DNA of 64,000 nucleotides from a virus: positions 1-64,000 of IMG/VR virus record IMGVR_UViG_3300009187_000021. One strand, 5' to 3'. Made by a program: the position numbers and the translations under genes. Below, one piece after another: positions 8,556 to 17,180 of the stretch (the first letter of the stretch is position 1; each line of letters begins with the position of its first letter). The notes beneath the pieces are model-generated. The model was not told the origin of the DNA, did no database searches, and saw nothing but the letters and a program-made list of their open reading frames with translations.

Positions 8556-10079
8556 TTAGAAGGTTATAGAACCAGAACTGGTCCAAGTGTATACACGATT
8601 CTTGTATCCTAGACCGGTTGCAAATGGGGAGAGTTGATTCCATGCGGGGGAACCTCCAGTGGACGATAAAGTTAAACTACTGGCAGAACTGTCTGCTAAG
8701 AAAGATCCAGATACATTGCCCATTAATAGAACTGTTGACGCCGATGGAACAAAAGGAGCCGTTGGAACCGTATAAGTAGTTAGCGTAGGGTCATACATAG
8801 CCACGTTAGACATTCTGATATTGCTAATGTACGCATTTTTTGCGGGATAAGAGCCTGGAGAAGTATTATATGTGGAAATATAATAATTAGTCAAACTGGT
8901 TGAAGTCGAATTAGTTGTGGTTCCCACCCGGGTGCCATTAGAAAATAATGCCACATTGACACCAGAACGAACTAAAGCAACATGATTCCATGTGTTTAAA
9001 ACAATAGATGTCGAAGTTCCGTTACGAATGCCTGGAAAATTAGAATATAAATATTGACTTGGATGAAATCCAATTTGAAAGTCGTTTAAAGCAGCACTTG
9101 CCGAAAGATAAATGTCTAAATCTCCCGATCCCGGTGCTACTGTTGGATAAACCCAAAATTCAACGGTGTAATTTCCAGTCCCAAAATTTAATGCCGATGT
9201 AGTAGGCCCAACCAAATAGGTTGAACCGTTGAAAAACATACTCCCCGACCCGCTGGTGCTGACTGTTGGGCTACCAGTGGTTGATGCTGCGGCAGCGTAG
9301 ATGTCTGGGTAACTCACGATGACAATACCGGAACCGCCGGCAGCATTACCACCACCACCACCTCCGGTATTAACTCCTCCTGCGCTGCTTTGATTCCCAC
9401 CTCCGCCTACTCCTCCAACACCGTATACAACATAAGCACCACCTGCTCTGGATCCAGAACCGCCGCCGGCATAAGTTGTTACAGTACCGGAAATAGCGGA
9501 AGCAATACCCGCTCCTCCACCGTTAAATATGTTGTCATATTGAGATGAACTGCCGCCGGTAAACCCAACGGTGCCAGCACCACCTCCACCGCCACCAGCA
9601 TATGGTTGTCCATTACTTAAATGTCCAATACCACCACTATTACCTTGTCCAGAAGTGCCTTGACCGCCTTGATTTAACCTATAAGCACCAGATATTGTTG
9701 CTCCACCTCCGCCGGAACCACCACTTATACCTGCTTGACCAGTCGTACTACTACCATTATATCCCCCGCCACCACCACCGCCTAAAGCGGTTATTGAACC
9801 AAGTACTGAGTTTTGACCAGAACCGCCAGTTGACCCGTAATCAGAAACAGCTGCTGCTGCACCACCACCACCAACGGTAACTGTGATAGAAGTGTTGACG
9901 TTGACCGGAACGGTCCCTTGCAACAAACCTCCTGCTCCGCCACCACCACCGGCAGATCCGCCACCGCCGCCACCAGCAACTACAAGGTAGTCTACTGCTG
10001 GGGTTGACATCGTACCAGTCCACGCCTTCTGTTGTAGACCTTGTAGTTGTTGTTTTAAGGTAAAAAGACCTCGTGCCAT
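8556..10079 (-). CDS. Glycine-rich adhesin-like protein with an inserted concanavalin A/laminin G-like lectin domain
   Basis: Glycine-rich domain, then FGTGNYTVEFWVYP...WNHVALVRSG...YISNIRMS, then terminal RVYTWTSSGSITF. Confidence 0.78.
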   Translation of the reverse strand: MARGLFTLKQQLQGLQQKAWTGTMSTPAVDYLVVAGGGGGGSAGGGGGAGGLLQGTVPVNVNTSITVTVGGGGAAAAVSDYGSTGGSGQNSVLGSITALGGGGGGGYNGSSTTGQAGISGGSGGGGATISGAYRLNQGGQGTSGQGNSGGIGHLSNGQPYAGGGGGGAGTVGFTGGSSSQYDNIFNGGGAGIASAISGTVTTYAGGGSGSRAGGAYVVYGVGGVGGGGNQSSAGGVNTGGGGGGNAAGGSGIVIVSYPDIYAAAASTTGSPTVSTSGSGSMFFNGSTYLVGPTTSALNFGTGNYTVEFWVYPTVAPGSGDLDIYLSASAALNDFQIGFHPSQYLYSNFPGIRNGTSTSIVLNTWNHVALVRSGVNVALFSNGTRVGTTTNSTSTSLTNYYISTYNTSPGSYPAKNAYISNIRMSNVAMYDPTLTTYTVPTAPFVPSASTVLLMGNVSGSFLADSSASSLTLSSTGGSPAWNQLSPFATGLGYKNRVYTWTSSGSITF

Positions 10080-10090
10080 TGTATACTACC

Positions 10091-10981
10091 TTAAAAAGTT
10101 ATTGTGCCACTGGCAGTAAATACATAAATGCGCCAGCTTCCGGTTACATAAGTTTGTGGACTACCAGTGGTTGCAACGGCTGGGGCTAGGTAACTTGGAT
10201 AGCGTATAACTACAATACCACTGCCGCCTGCTCCACCGCGCATTGATGGATTTGCAGAACCACCAGAAGCATCATAAAACCCGCCGCCTCCTCCGCCGCC
10301 TGTATTGGCAAACCCAGAATAACCTATTAATTGACCAGAAGCTACCCCACCTACTCCACCTTGCCCACCGGCATTACCACCACCGGCTACACCAAGTCCT
10401 GGTCCAGTATAACCACCGCCACCGCCACCACCGGCATATTGAGTTGGTGTTCCTGAAATAGAAGATACTAATCCTGTACCACCACTTCCGCCATTTATAG
10501 AATTTCCGTTAGTTCCAGCAGAGCCAGCACCTCCGCCCCCACCACAACCATTAGAACCTGATACTCCCGCTGTCCCGCCAGAAAACCCCTGTCCGGCCCT
10601 CCCCGTTCCACCAGAACCACCTTGAACTGCACCGCCACCAGAACCACCATTTGTCCCGGGATTGCTTGAGTTAAAACTTCCACCCCCACCGCCCCCAACT
10701 GAGGTAATAACGCCAAACACGGAATTTGCGCCACTACCGCCTGGGCTAGAATCTGAAGTAGAACCGGCCCCACCAGACCCAACCGTAACAGTGATTTGAG
10801 AACCTGGTGTAATTGCATATCCTGTGGCAGTTAATAAACCGCCAGCACCTCCACCACCACCAAATCCGTATCCACCACCACCCCCACCCGCAACAACAAG
10901 ATATTCGACAGTGGTGACTGGACCGTTTAGTCCTGTGACACTTCCATTAGAAAGATAAGAACCATTATATCTAAGAGACAT
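10091..10981 (-). CDS. Stand-alone glycine-rich adhesin-like protein
   Basis: Start reassigned to MSLRYNG at 10981, just after the upstream stop at 10983-10985; VEYLVVAGGG...VVIRYP...WRIYVFTASGTITF. Confidence 0.78.
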   Translation of the reverse strand: MSLRYNGSYLSNGSVTGLNGPVTTVEYLVVAGGGGGGYGFGGGGGAGGLLTATGYAITPGSQITVTVGSGGAGSTSDSSPGGSGANSVFGVITSVGGGGGGSFNSSNPGTNGGSGGGAVQGGSGGTGRAGQGFSGGTAGVSGSNGCGGGGGAGSAGTNGNSINGGSGGTGLVSSISGTPTQYAGGGGGGGYTGPGLGVAGGGNAGGQGGVGGVASGQLIGYSGFANTGGGGGGGFYDASGGSANPSMRGGAGGSGIVVIRYPSYLAPAVATTGSPQTYVTGSWRIYVFTASGTITF

Positions 10982-10982
10982 G

Positions 10983-11354
10983 TCAGGTAATTGCTTCGTA
11001 GGTGGCAGTATATTCAATTGCAGAACCAGTGCCAGATGTGACTACAACGCTCTGATTTTCATTGACATAGAATGAAGTAGTCTTATCGACAACAATAAGT
11101 GCAGCATTTGCAGGTACTGAAATCTGATAACAGATTCGATATGCTGTACCACCACCAGCAGTTGCAGAGTTAATACTGACTGTTGTAGTTGCAGGACTGC
11201 CAGTCACGTTAGTTGCAACGATACTATCAATCTTGTTGACAGTATTAGAAGCAGGAGTTAATGAAGTCCAAGTAGTTGCAGCTGTATTAGCTGGAATTAG
11301 ATATACAGTATTGCCGTATATCGATGTTACGTTTACGATATTAGGATTTGCCAT
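10983..11354 (-). CDS. Small beta-rich putative adaptor protein (MANPNIVNV type), paralogue of 13447..13800
   Basis: Shares PN.....G.T, NV.G, AYR...QI.VPA...L.VV.K..FY..E and YE.I with 13447..13800. Confidence 0.7.
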   Translation of the reverse strand: MANPNIVNVTSIYGNTVYLIPANTAATTWTSLTPASNTVNKIDSIVATNVTGSPATTTVSINSATAGGGTAYRICYQISVPANAALIVVDKTTSFYVNENQSVVVTSGTGSAIEYTATYEAIT

Positions 11355-11363
11355 TTTTTCCTC

Positions 11364-11759
11364 TTAGAATCCAAAAATCAATGCCATGGCAATACTTTTG
11401 CCTGTTGAGATGCCCGATACTCCGTTTGCACCATTCGTGCCGTTTGTACCGGCTTGTGCAAGAACTGTCCAGTATGTATTCGCCGTTGCTGGATTTTGAT
11501 TTGATCCTGCTAGTATTGATATATAGCTAGATCCAGAATATGTTACCATATCATTTACAACATATGATGTTGAATTTGACCATGCACCTTTAGGTGTAAA
11601 TCCTAATGAATATGATAGATTGTTCCATGCAGTATTACCAGTACCAACTTTGAATCGATTCGTGTCAGTTTCTACACCAACTTCACCTATAGCCAGAAGT
11701 GTATTGGCAGAAGTCCATTGTGAATATGTACCATTTCTGAGTTGAATTTGTTGTGCCAT
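11364..11759 (-). CDS. Short fibre: Mtd-N/hyaluronidase-N-like domain, CBM5/12-like module, C-terminal KSIAMALIFG motif
   Basis: IQLRNGTYSQWTSANTLLAIGEVGVETDTNRFKVGTG..AWNNLSY; KGAWSNSTSYVVNDMVTYSGSSY...YW. Confidence 0.7.
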   Translation of the reverse strand: MAQQIQLRNGTYSQWTSANTLLAIGEVGVETDTNRFKVGTGNTAWNNLSYSLGFTPKGAWSNSTSYVVNDMVTYSGSSYISILAGSNQNPATANTYWTVLAQAGTNGTNGANGVSGISTGKSIAMALIFGF

Positions 11760-11935
11760 TATGGCGATCCCCCGTTGACTGTTGTTGTTCCGCCATAATT
11801 CGTTGTTGGTGTTCCACCATCTATGTTGGCAGAAACGACTGATCTAACCCAACCATATCCATCATACACCCAGACTTCACCATTGATTGTGGTTGTTGTT
11901 CCTGCCGTTGGATTATTTGGAAAGTTTTGTGCCAT
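11759..11935 (-). CDS. 58-aa fibre-linker protein missing from the ORF track
   Basis: Manual translation MAQNFPNNPTAGTTTTINGEVWVYDGYGWVRSVVSANIDGGTPTTNYGGTTTVNGGSP*; fills the gap exactly, and its stop overlaps the next start (TAATG). Confidence 0.8.
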   Translation of the reverse strand: MAQNFPNNPTAGTTTTINGEVWVYDGYGWVRSVVSANIDGGTPTTNYGGTTTVNGGSP

Positions 11936-11941
11936 TTTAGT

Positions 11942-13447
11942 TTACCAAGAAATTGTACCTGTGCCACTGTAGAATCTATACACTCTATAACCAGATCTAG
12001 AAGGTTGATCATATGATAGACCACCAGAAATTGAAGTAGGTGCTGTATATTGATTTGAATATGCGATAATCACTACACCAGAAGAACCGTATCCTCCGGC
12101 ACCACCATTATATCCACCAGCGCCTCCACCACCACCACCCGTGTTAGAGTAAGGCGCATTATAACCTCCACCATTTGTGCCACCTGAACCACCTATTCCT
12201 GATCCACCACTACCTACTGTTCCTAACTCATTTCCGCCTCCGCCACCACCAGCATATGATGTTGATGTACCAGTTATAGAACTAGAAACGCCTGCACCAC
12301 CTGCACCACCACTGTAATTACCGCCTGCGCCACCTGCGCCACCACCACCAGCAGCACCATATGGCGGACTACCTCCAGGTTGGCCATGCCAACCGCCAGT
12401 ACCTCCTGAATTTCCCCCACCATAACTTCCGCCACCAGAACCAGGTGAACCATCACCCCATCCACCGCCGCCACCTGAACCACCTGCAGTTCCATTTTCA
12501 CCAGCACCGTGAGTGCCAGTTCCTCCAGTACCACCACCATATGCATAAATTGCTGCAAATTGACTTGGTGATCCACTACCATTATTTGAACCACCACCAC
12601 CCACTGTCACTGTATAACTAGTAGATGCAGATATTCCTATTGTTGAATTGTAGTAACCACCAGCACCACCGCCACCAGATGATCCAATTGCTGTACCACA
12701 ATCTCTGCCACCACCTCCACCAGCAAGAACTAGATATTCAACTGATGACGGTGTTGTTGCTGGTGTTGTTATCTGATTACTTGCAGAACTTGCAGCACCT
12801 TGACCAACAGCATTTGTTGCTCTTACCGTGAACGTATAATTTGTTATTGGACTAAGACCTGAAACAGTAATTGTACCAGATCCTGCTTGAGATAATGTTC
12901 CTGTTATATTACCAGGTGAAGATGTTGCCGTATAAGATGTTATCGCAGTACCACCATTACTTGCTGGTGCAGTAAATGTGACGGTGGCTGAGAATGGTCC
13001 TGTGGCAGTAGCTGTACCAATCGTTGGCGCGCCAGGTAATGCCCATGTTGTTATACTGCCAGATGCAGAAGAACTTAAACTATTACCTGATGCATTTGTT
13101 GCATACACTGTGAATGTATAACTCGTTCCTGTCGTTAGTCCAGTGACTGTGATTGTACCAGAACCTGATTGGCTTAGTGTTGCGGTTACTCCACCTGGAG
13201 ATGATACGGCAGTATAAGATGTGATTGTACTACCACCACCATAAGATGGTGCAGTAAATGCAACAGTTGCAGTTGTCGAACCAGTAGTTGTTGCTGCACC
13301 AATCGTTGGTGCATCTGGTTTATTAGATGGCCAAACATTAGCACCTTGAGCAATTTGGGCTTCTTGTACTGACCAAATCCCAGAACCACCAGTCGAAGTG
13401 GTGGTTACTTTTCTCGGTCCAATAATGCCGCCATTGCCTTTACGCAT
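11942..13447 (-). CDS. Adhesin-like protein: N-terminal GIWS..Q...WP motif, two FN3-like repeats, glycine-rich domain
   Basis: MRKGNGGIIGP...SGIWSVQEAQIAQGANVWP; VEYLVLAGGG...YRVYRFYSGTGTISW. Confidence 0.78.
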   Translation of the reverse strand: MRKGNGGIIGPRKVTTTSTGGSGIWSVQEAQIAQGANVWPSNKPDAPTIGAATTTGSTTATVAFTAPSYGGGSTITSYTAVSSPGGVTATLSQSGSGTITVTGLTTGTSYTFTVYATNASGNSLSSSASGSITTWALPGAPTIGTATATGPFSATVTFTAPASNGGTAITSYTATSSPGNITGTLSQAGSGTITVSGLSPITNYTFTVRATNAVGQGAASSASNQITTPATTPSSVEYLVLAGGGGGRDCGTAIGSSGGGGAGGYYNSTIGISASTSYTVTVGGGGSNNGSGSPSQFAAIYAYGGGTGGTGTHGAGENGTAGGSGGGGGWGDGSPGSGGGSYGGGNSGGTGGWHGQPGGSPPYGAAGGGGAGGAGGNYSGGAGGAGVSSSITGTSTSYAGGGGGGNELGTVGSGGSGIGGSGGTNGGGYNAPYSNTGGGGGGAGGYNGGAGGYGSSGVVIIAYSNQYTAPTSISGGLSYDQPSRSGYRVYRFYSGTGTISW

Positions 13448-13800
13448 TAACTAATATCCTCATATGAACATATTGCTTCTAATTTATTGTTAGCACTAGC
13501 AGTAAGTCTGAGTGCATCACCCTCTTCAAGATAAAATGATTTAGAGACAACATCTAATGTTGATGCAGCAGGAACTATAATCTGAGAACCTAATCGATAC
13601 GCAGTCGCACTTCTATAAAGATCCATTGTTAATGTGTAGTTATTTGCACCATCGACATTACTAATATATAAGGCATTTACTTTAAGAACTTTATTACTAC
13701 CACCAGCGCAAGATGCGATTGCAGTTGCTGAAGTAGTCACTAATTGTACTGCTGTTTTTCCATTTACATTCGTGGATACTAATACATTTGGTGCTGTCAT
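13447..13800 (-). CDS. Small beta-rich putative adaptor protein, paralogue of 10983..11354
   Basis: MTAPNVLVSTNVNGKT...VPAASTLDVVSKSFYLEEGD...SYEDIS; TAATG coupling to the downstream adhesin gene. Confidence 0.7.
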   Translation of the reverse strand: MTAPNVLVSTNVNGKTAVQLVTTSATAIASCAGGSNKVLKVNALYISNVDGANNYTLTMDLYRSATAYRLGSQIIVPAASTLDVVSKSFYLEEGDALRLTASANNKLEAICSYEDIS

Positions 13801-13803
13801 TTT

Positions 13804-14400
13804 TTAAGAACCCCCGAATAAAATTGACATCGTATACGCTTGACTTGCAGTGAATGATGTTACATTAGCCCAAGATGCTGAACTGCCATTAGTAGTTAAA
13901 TACTTACCAGAATTACCAGTTTGAGTTGGCAATGCTGACACATTAGCCCATGATGCAGTAGTACCATCTGTCGTTAAGTATTTACCAGAATTACTTGTCT
14001 GTGATGGTAGTGCAGAAACATTAGCCCATGATGCAGAAGTACCATCTGTCGTTAAGTATTTACCAGAATTAGCAGTTTGCGTTGGTAATGTAGTTACATT
14101 AGCCCAAGTAAGATCTGAACCATTCGTCGTTAAATACTTACCAGAGTTGTTTGTTTGAACTGGAATAGAACCAGAACCACTAACTATCGATCCAGCAGAA
14201 ACCCACTGAGAACTATCGCCATCAGTATAATACACATATGTATTTAGATTATTACTGTTTAACCATAGACTTCCATTCTTAGCGCCAGCAGGTGCAGTAT
14301 CACTAACTGTTAGACTACCAGATACTGATGATCCATCAGCGAGAAAGAAACTATTCGCTGTTATCGATCCAGTAAGAGCTAGTGAATTTCTTAATGCCAT
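13804..14400 (-). CDS. Short fibre with four 26-aa LPTQTxNSGKYLTTxG..xWANV repeats and a C-terminal AYTMSILFG motif
   Basis: Repeats visible in protein and DNA; VSDTAP...GSLWLNS...YVYYTDGDSSQWV module. Confidence 0.72.
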   Translation of the reverse strand: MALRNSLALTGSITANSFFLADGSSVSGSLTVSDTAPAGAKNGSLWLNSNNLNTYVYYTDGDSSQWVSAGSIVSGSGSIPVQTNNSGKYLTTNGSDLTWANVTTLPTQTANSGKYLTTDGTSASWANVSALPSQTSNSGKYLTTDGTTASWANVSALPTQTGNSGKYLTTNGSSASWANVTSFTASQAYTMSILFGGS

Positions 14401-14403
14401 TTT

Positions 14404-14805
14404 TTATTCTGTTGGTGGTGTTGGTGTTGGAATTACAAACTCTTCCCAATTGAGTAAGTCTTCATTCCAAATATAGAACTTGCCATCATCTGGTCGTGCA
14501 ACTGGTGCTTCCCATTGACATGTAGATTCTACTAGTGTCCAAGATGGATATGGTTTCGGTGGAATAAATGCATCTCGTGCTTCATCCCATGTGAATCCAA
14601 TACCAGCATAATTCTTTCTAAAAGGAGTACCACCGTTCCGATGTTCACCTCCAATCGTATTGTATGATGTTCTCCGACAAATCATACCTTCACGAAACTG
14701 TGCATAATGGACTTCCCAATCTGGTTCAGTCTTATCTGTTTCGTCCTTGCCTGTAATTACTTCAGTTACAATATTTTGATCATTAATAAAAGCATAATGT
14801 CCCAT
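14404..14805 (-). CDS. Small Trp/Pro-rich partner protein (tail-fibre-assembly-like), paralogue of 7263..7658
   Basis: TSYNTIGGEHRNGGTPFRKNYAGIGFTWDEARDAFIPPKPYPSW; AAGGAGG RBS and its own late promoter. Confidence 0.72.
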   Translation of the reverse strand: MGHYAFINDQNIVTEVITGKDETDKTEPDWEVHYAQFREGMICRRTSYNTIGGEHRNGGTPFRKNYAGIGFTWDEARDAFIPPKPYPSWTLVESTCQWEAPVARPDDGKFYIWNEDLLNWEEFVIPTPTPPTE

Positions 14806-14828
14806 TTAAAACCTCCTTGATAATAATG

Positions 14829-14836
14829 TATTTATA
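14829..14836 (-). promoter_or_regulatory. Canonical T4 late promoter TATAAATA
   Basis: tatttata on + strand, 1 nt after the stop of 14838..17147. Confidence 0.8.
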
Positions 14837-14837
14837 C

Positions 14838-17147
14838 TTACCAACTAATCGTTCCTGTACCACCAGTAAAGCGATATACTCTATAACCGGATCTTGTTGG
14901 TTGATCGTATGATAGTCCACCAGATATTGATGATAGTGCATTAAATGTATTTGGATAAGCGATAATTACTACACCAGATCCGCCAGAAGCACCTGCTCCA
15001 TTACTTCCAATATATGCTCCACCACCACCTCCTCCACCTAGATTAGGAGTTCCGGCTGACACATTAGAATTACTTTGACTACCACCTCCGCCTTGACCGC
15101 CTCCTCCAGTACCGCCTGCACCACCATTGGTGATGCCACCTGGACCGCCGCCGTCCGCTGATCCACCGCCTCCTCCACCGCCTGCATATGTTACTGATGA
15201 TCCTGTAATAGAACTAGGTGAACCATTTCCACCAACACCATATGAATTATAAGGTCCTGCTGCTCCTGCTCCGCCTCCGCCGCCACCGTTGTATGATACT
15301 GATCCAGCATCTTGTCCAGGTGTAGAAGCACCGTTATTTCCTTGACCGCCGGTACCACTACCACCACTACTATTAAATCTTCCTGATCCACCACCTCCAG
15401 ATCCACCTGCTCCACCAGCACTTGTATCACCGTATGCTCCATAACCACCACCAGTTGATGTTATCGATGCAAATATCGAACTACTACCTTGAGTACCTCT
15501 GTCTGCTCCACCAGTTCCAGGACCAGTGAAACTTGCTCCACCTGCGCCGCCGCCGCCAACTGTAACTGTATAATTAGTACTCGCTGAAACCGATAAAGTA
15601 GAAGTCAACATACCACCAGCACCACCGCCTCCACCGAATCTGGAACCACCACCGCCTCCACCAGCAACCACTAGATATTCAACTGATGATGGTGTTGCTG
15701 CAGCTGTCGTTATTTGATTGGAAGCAGCACTTGATGAACTATTACCAGCAGCATTAGTGGCGTATACTGTGAATGTATAACTTGTATTTTGAGTCAGTCC
15801 AGAAATAGAAATTGTACCAGAACCTGCTTGCGTCAACGTGCCTGTTATACCACCAGGAGATGACACGGCAGTATAAGAAGTGATTGGTGAGTTACCATTC
15901 GAAGCGGGTGCCGTGAACGTCACGGTTGCTGTACTGGTGCCAGTCTGTGTCGCGGTGCCAATAGTTGGGGCACCAGCAACTGATTTTGCATACCACAATA
16001 AAGTTCTCGTTGCAGTTCTATTCGTTGTCGCAGATGTTGCAGTAATTAAAGATGTTGTGTTTGCAACCGTATTGGGTGTACCAGTGATGTTACTTCCAGA
16101 AATACTTAATCCACCAGGTAATGTATTTGCACTATATGTTATAGATTTACCTGCGGCACTTGACGCACTTAATGCTTGAGTAACAGAACCACCAACTGTG
16201 ATGTTATACAGAGTTTCGTTTGCAGGCGAAGACCATGTAACAACATCTGGATTAATTTGAAAATTAATATTTCTAGTTGCAGTTTTATTGGTTGTATTTG
16301 ATGTTGCCGTAATTAATGAGTTGTTTGTTCCAACAACAGAAGGTGTTCCAGATATAGTGTTACCACTTATACTTACACCAGTTGGCAATGTGTTTGCCGT
16401 ATATGCGACTGAGCGACCAGTTGCGCTTGTTGCATTCAATGCTTGACTTATTGATCCGTACTCATATGCAGTTACAGTAGTTCCGTCTGCGGGCGAAGAC
16501 CATGTAACAACATCTGGATTAACAGTAATCGAAAAGTTTCTAAGTGTTCCCTGATTCTCTTGATCTTTTGCTTCAATAACAAAGTTATATGCTGTCTGTG
16601 AACCAATTGCACCAGTATTGCCAGATATGACACCTGTGTTTGCATTTAATGTTGCACCCGGAGGTAATGATCCAGAGTTTACAAGATAATATACAGTTGA
16701 GTTTGATGATGCAGATAATGTTGTTACATTACCGGTAAAACTTGTCAATTCATATGTTGTAGATATTGAACCCGATGCAGTTGACCAAGTAGGAACACCA
16801 GAATAATTTATACCAGGAATGTATGTTGCAGATCCAGATCCATCTGTGTTGTATAGGTATATAATATATGAACCCGCTGCCTTAGCAGGAGATGTAAATG
16901 TTAATTGAGTTGGTGAAACATATGTAACAACACTTGCTTGTGTTCTATCAACATACACGGTAGTGTTGGATGTAAATCCAGAACCATTTATTGTAATTAC
17001 ATCTCCACCGCCAGTGTTCGCGGCAGTGTCATCACCAACATATCCAATAGATGTTACCTTTAAGGTCAGAAAAGAAACATCTGAAGAAAACTTTGCTGCG
17101 GTAACTGCATTATTAGCAATTGACTTTTCTTTAATCTTACTTACCAT
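14838..17147 (-). CDS. Multi-domain adhesin-like protein: IPT/TIG-like, three putative Ig (He_PIG-like), one FN3, glycine-rich domain
   Basis: GGDVITINGSGF..YVSPTQLTFTSPAK; LPPGATLNANTGVISG and LPTGVSISGNTISGTP; paralogous to 17181..19997. Confidence 0.78.
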   Translation of the reverse strand: MVSKIKEKSIANNAVTAAKFSSDVSFLTLKVTSIGYVGDDTAANTGGGDVITINGSGFTSNTTVYVDRTQASVVTYVSPTQLTFTSPAKAAGSYIIYLYNTDGSGSATYIPGINYSGVPTWSTASGSISTTYELTSFTGNVTTLSASSNSTVYYLVNSGSLPPGATLNANTGVISGNTGAIGSQTAYNFVIEAKDQENQGTLRNFSITVNPDVVTWSSPADGTTVTAYEYGSISQALNATSATGRSVAYTANTLPTGVSISGNTISGTPSVVGTNNSLITATSNTTNKTATRNINFQINPDVVTWSSPANETLYNITVGGSVTQALSASSAAGKSITYSANTLPGGLSISGSNITGTPNTVANTTSLITATSATTNRTATRTLLWYAKSVAGAPTIGTATQTGTSTATVTFTAPASNGNSPITSYTAVSSPGGITGTLTQAGSGTISISGLTQNTSYTFTVYATNAAGNSSSSAASNQITTAAATPSSVEYLVVAGGGGGGSRFGGGGGAGGMLTSTLSVSASTNYTVTVGGGGAGGASFTGPGTGGADRGTQGSSSIFASITSTGGGYGAYGDTSAGGAGGSGGGGSGRFNSSGGSGTGGQGNNGASTPGQDAGSVSYNGGGGGGAGAAGPYNSYGVGGNGSPSSITGSSVTYAGGGGGGGSADGGGPGGITNGGAGGTGGGGQGGGGSQSNSNVSAGTPNLGGGGGGGAYIGSNGAGASGGSGVVIIAYPNTFNALSSISGGLSYDQPTRSGYRVYRFTGGTGTISW

Positions 17148-17171
17148 AGTGAATAGTCGCCTTTTTGTACA

Positions 17172-17179
17172 TATTTATA
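17172..17179 (-). promoter_or_regulatory. Canonical T4 late promoter TATAAATA
   Basis: tatttata, 1 nt after the stop of 17181..19997. Confidence 0.8.
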
Positions 17180-17180
17180 C

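Noticed and set aside
5464-10981. PE-PGRS-like or collagen-like proteins
   Set aside because: No PE domain and no Gly-X-Y periodicity; the context is a phage tail module.
11364-11759. Mtd-like gene suggesting a diversity-generating retroelement
   Set aside because: Only the N-terminal Mtd-like domain is present. I saw no reverse transcriptase and no repeat pair differing only at adenines; an element outside the window cannot be excluded.
11821-12024. 67-aa track ORF as the gene in this gap
   Set aside because: It overlaps the upstream adhesin gene. The 58-aa ORF 11759..11935 in another frame fits the gap exactly and has fibre motifs.
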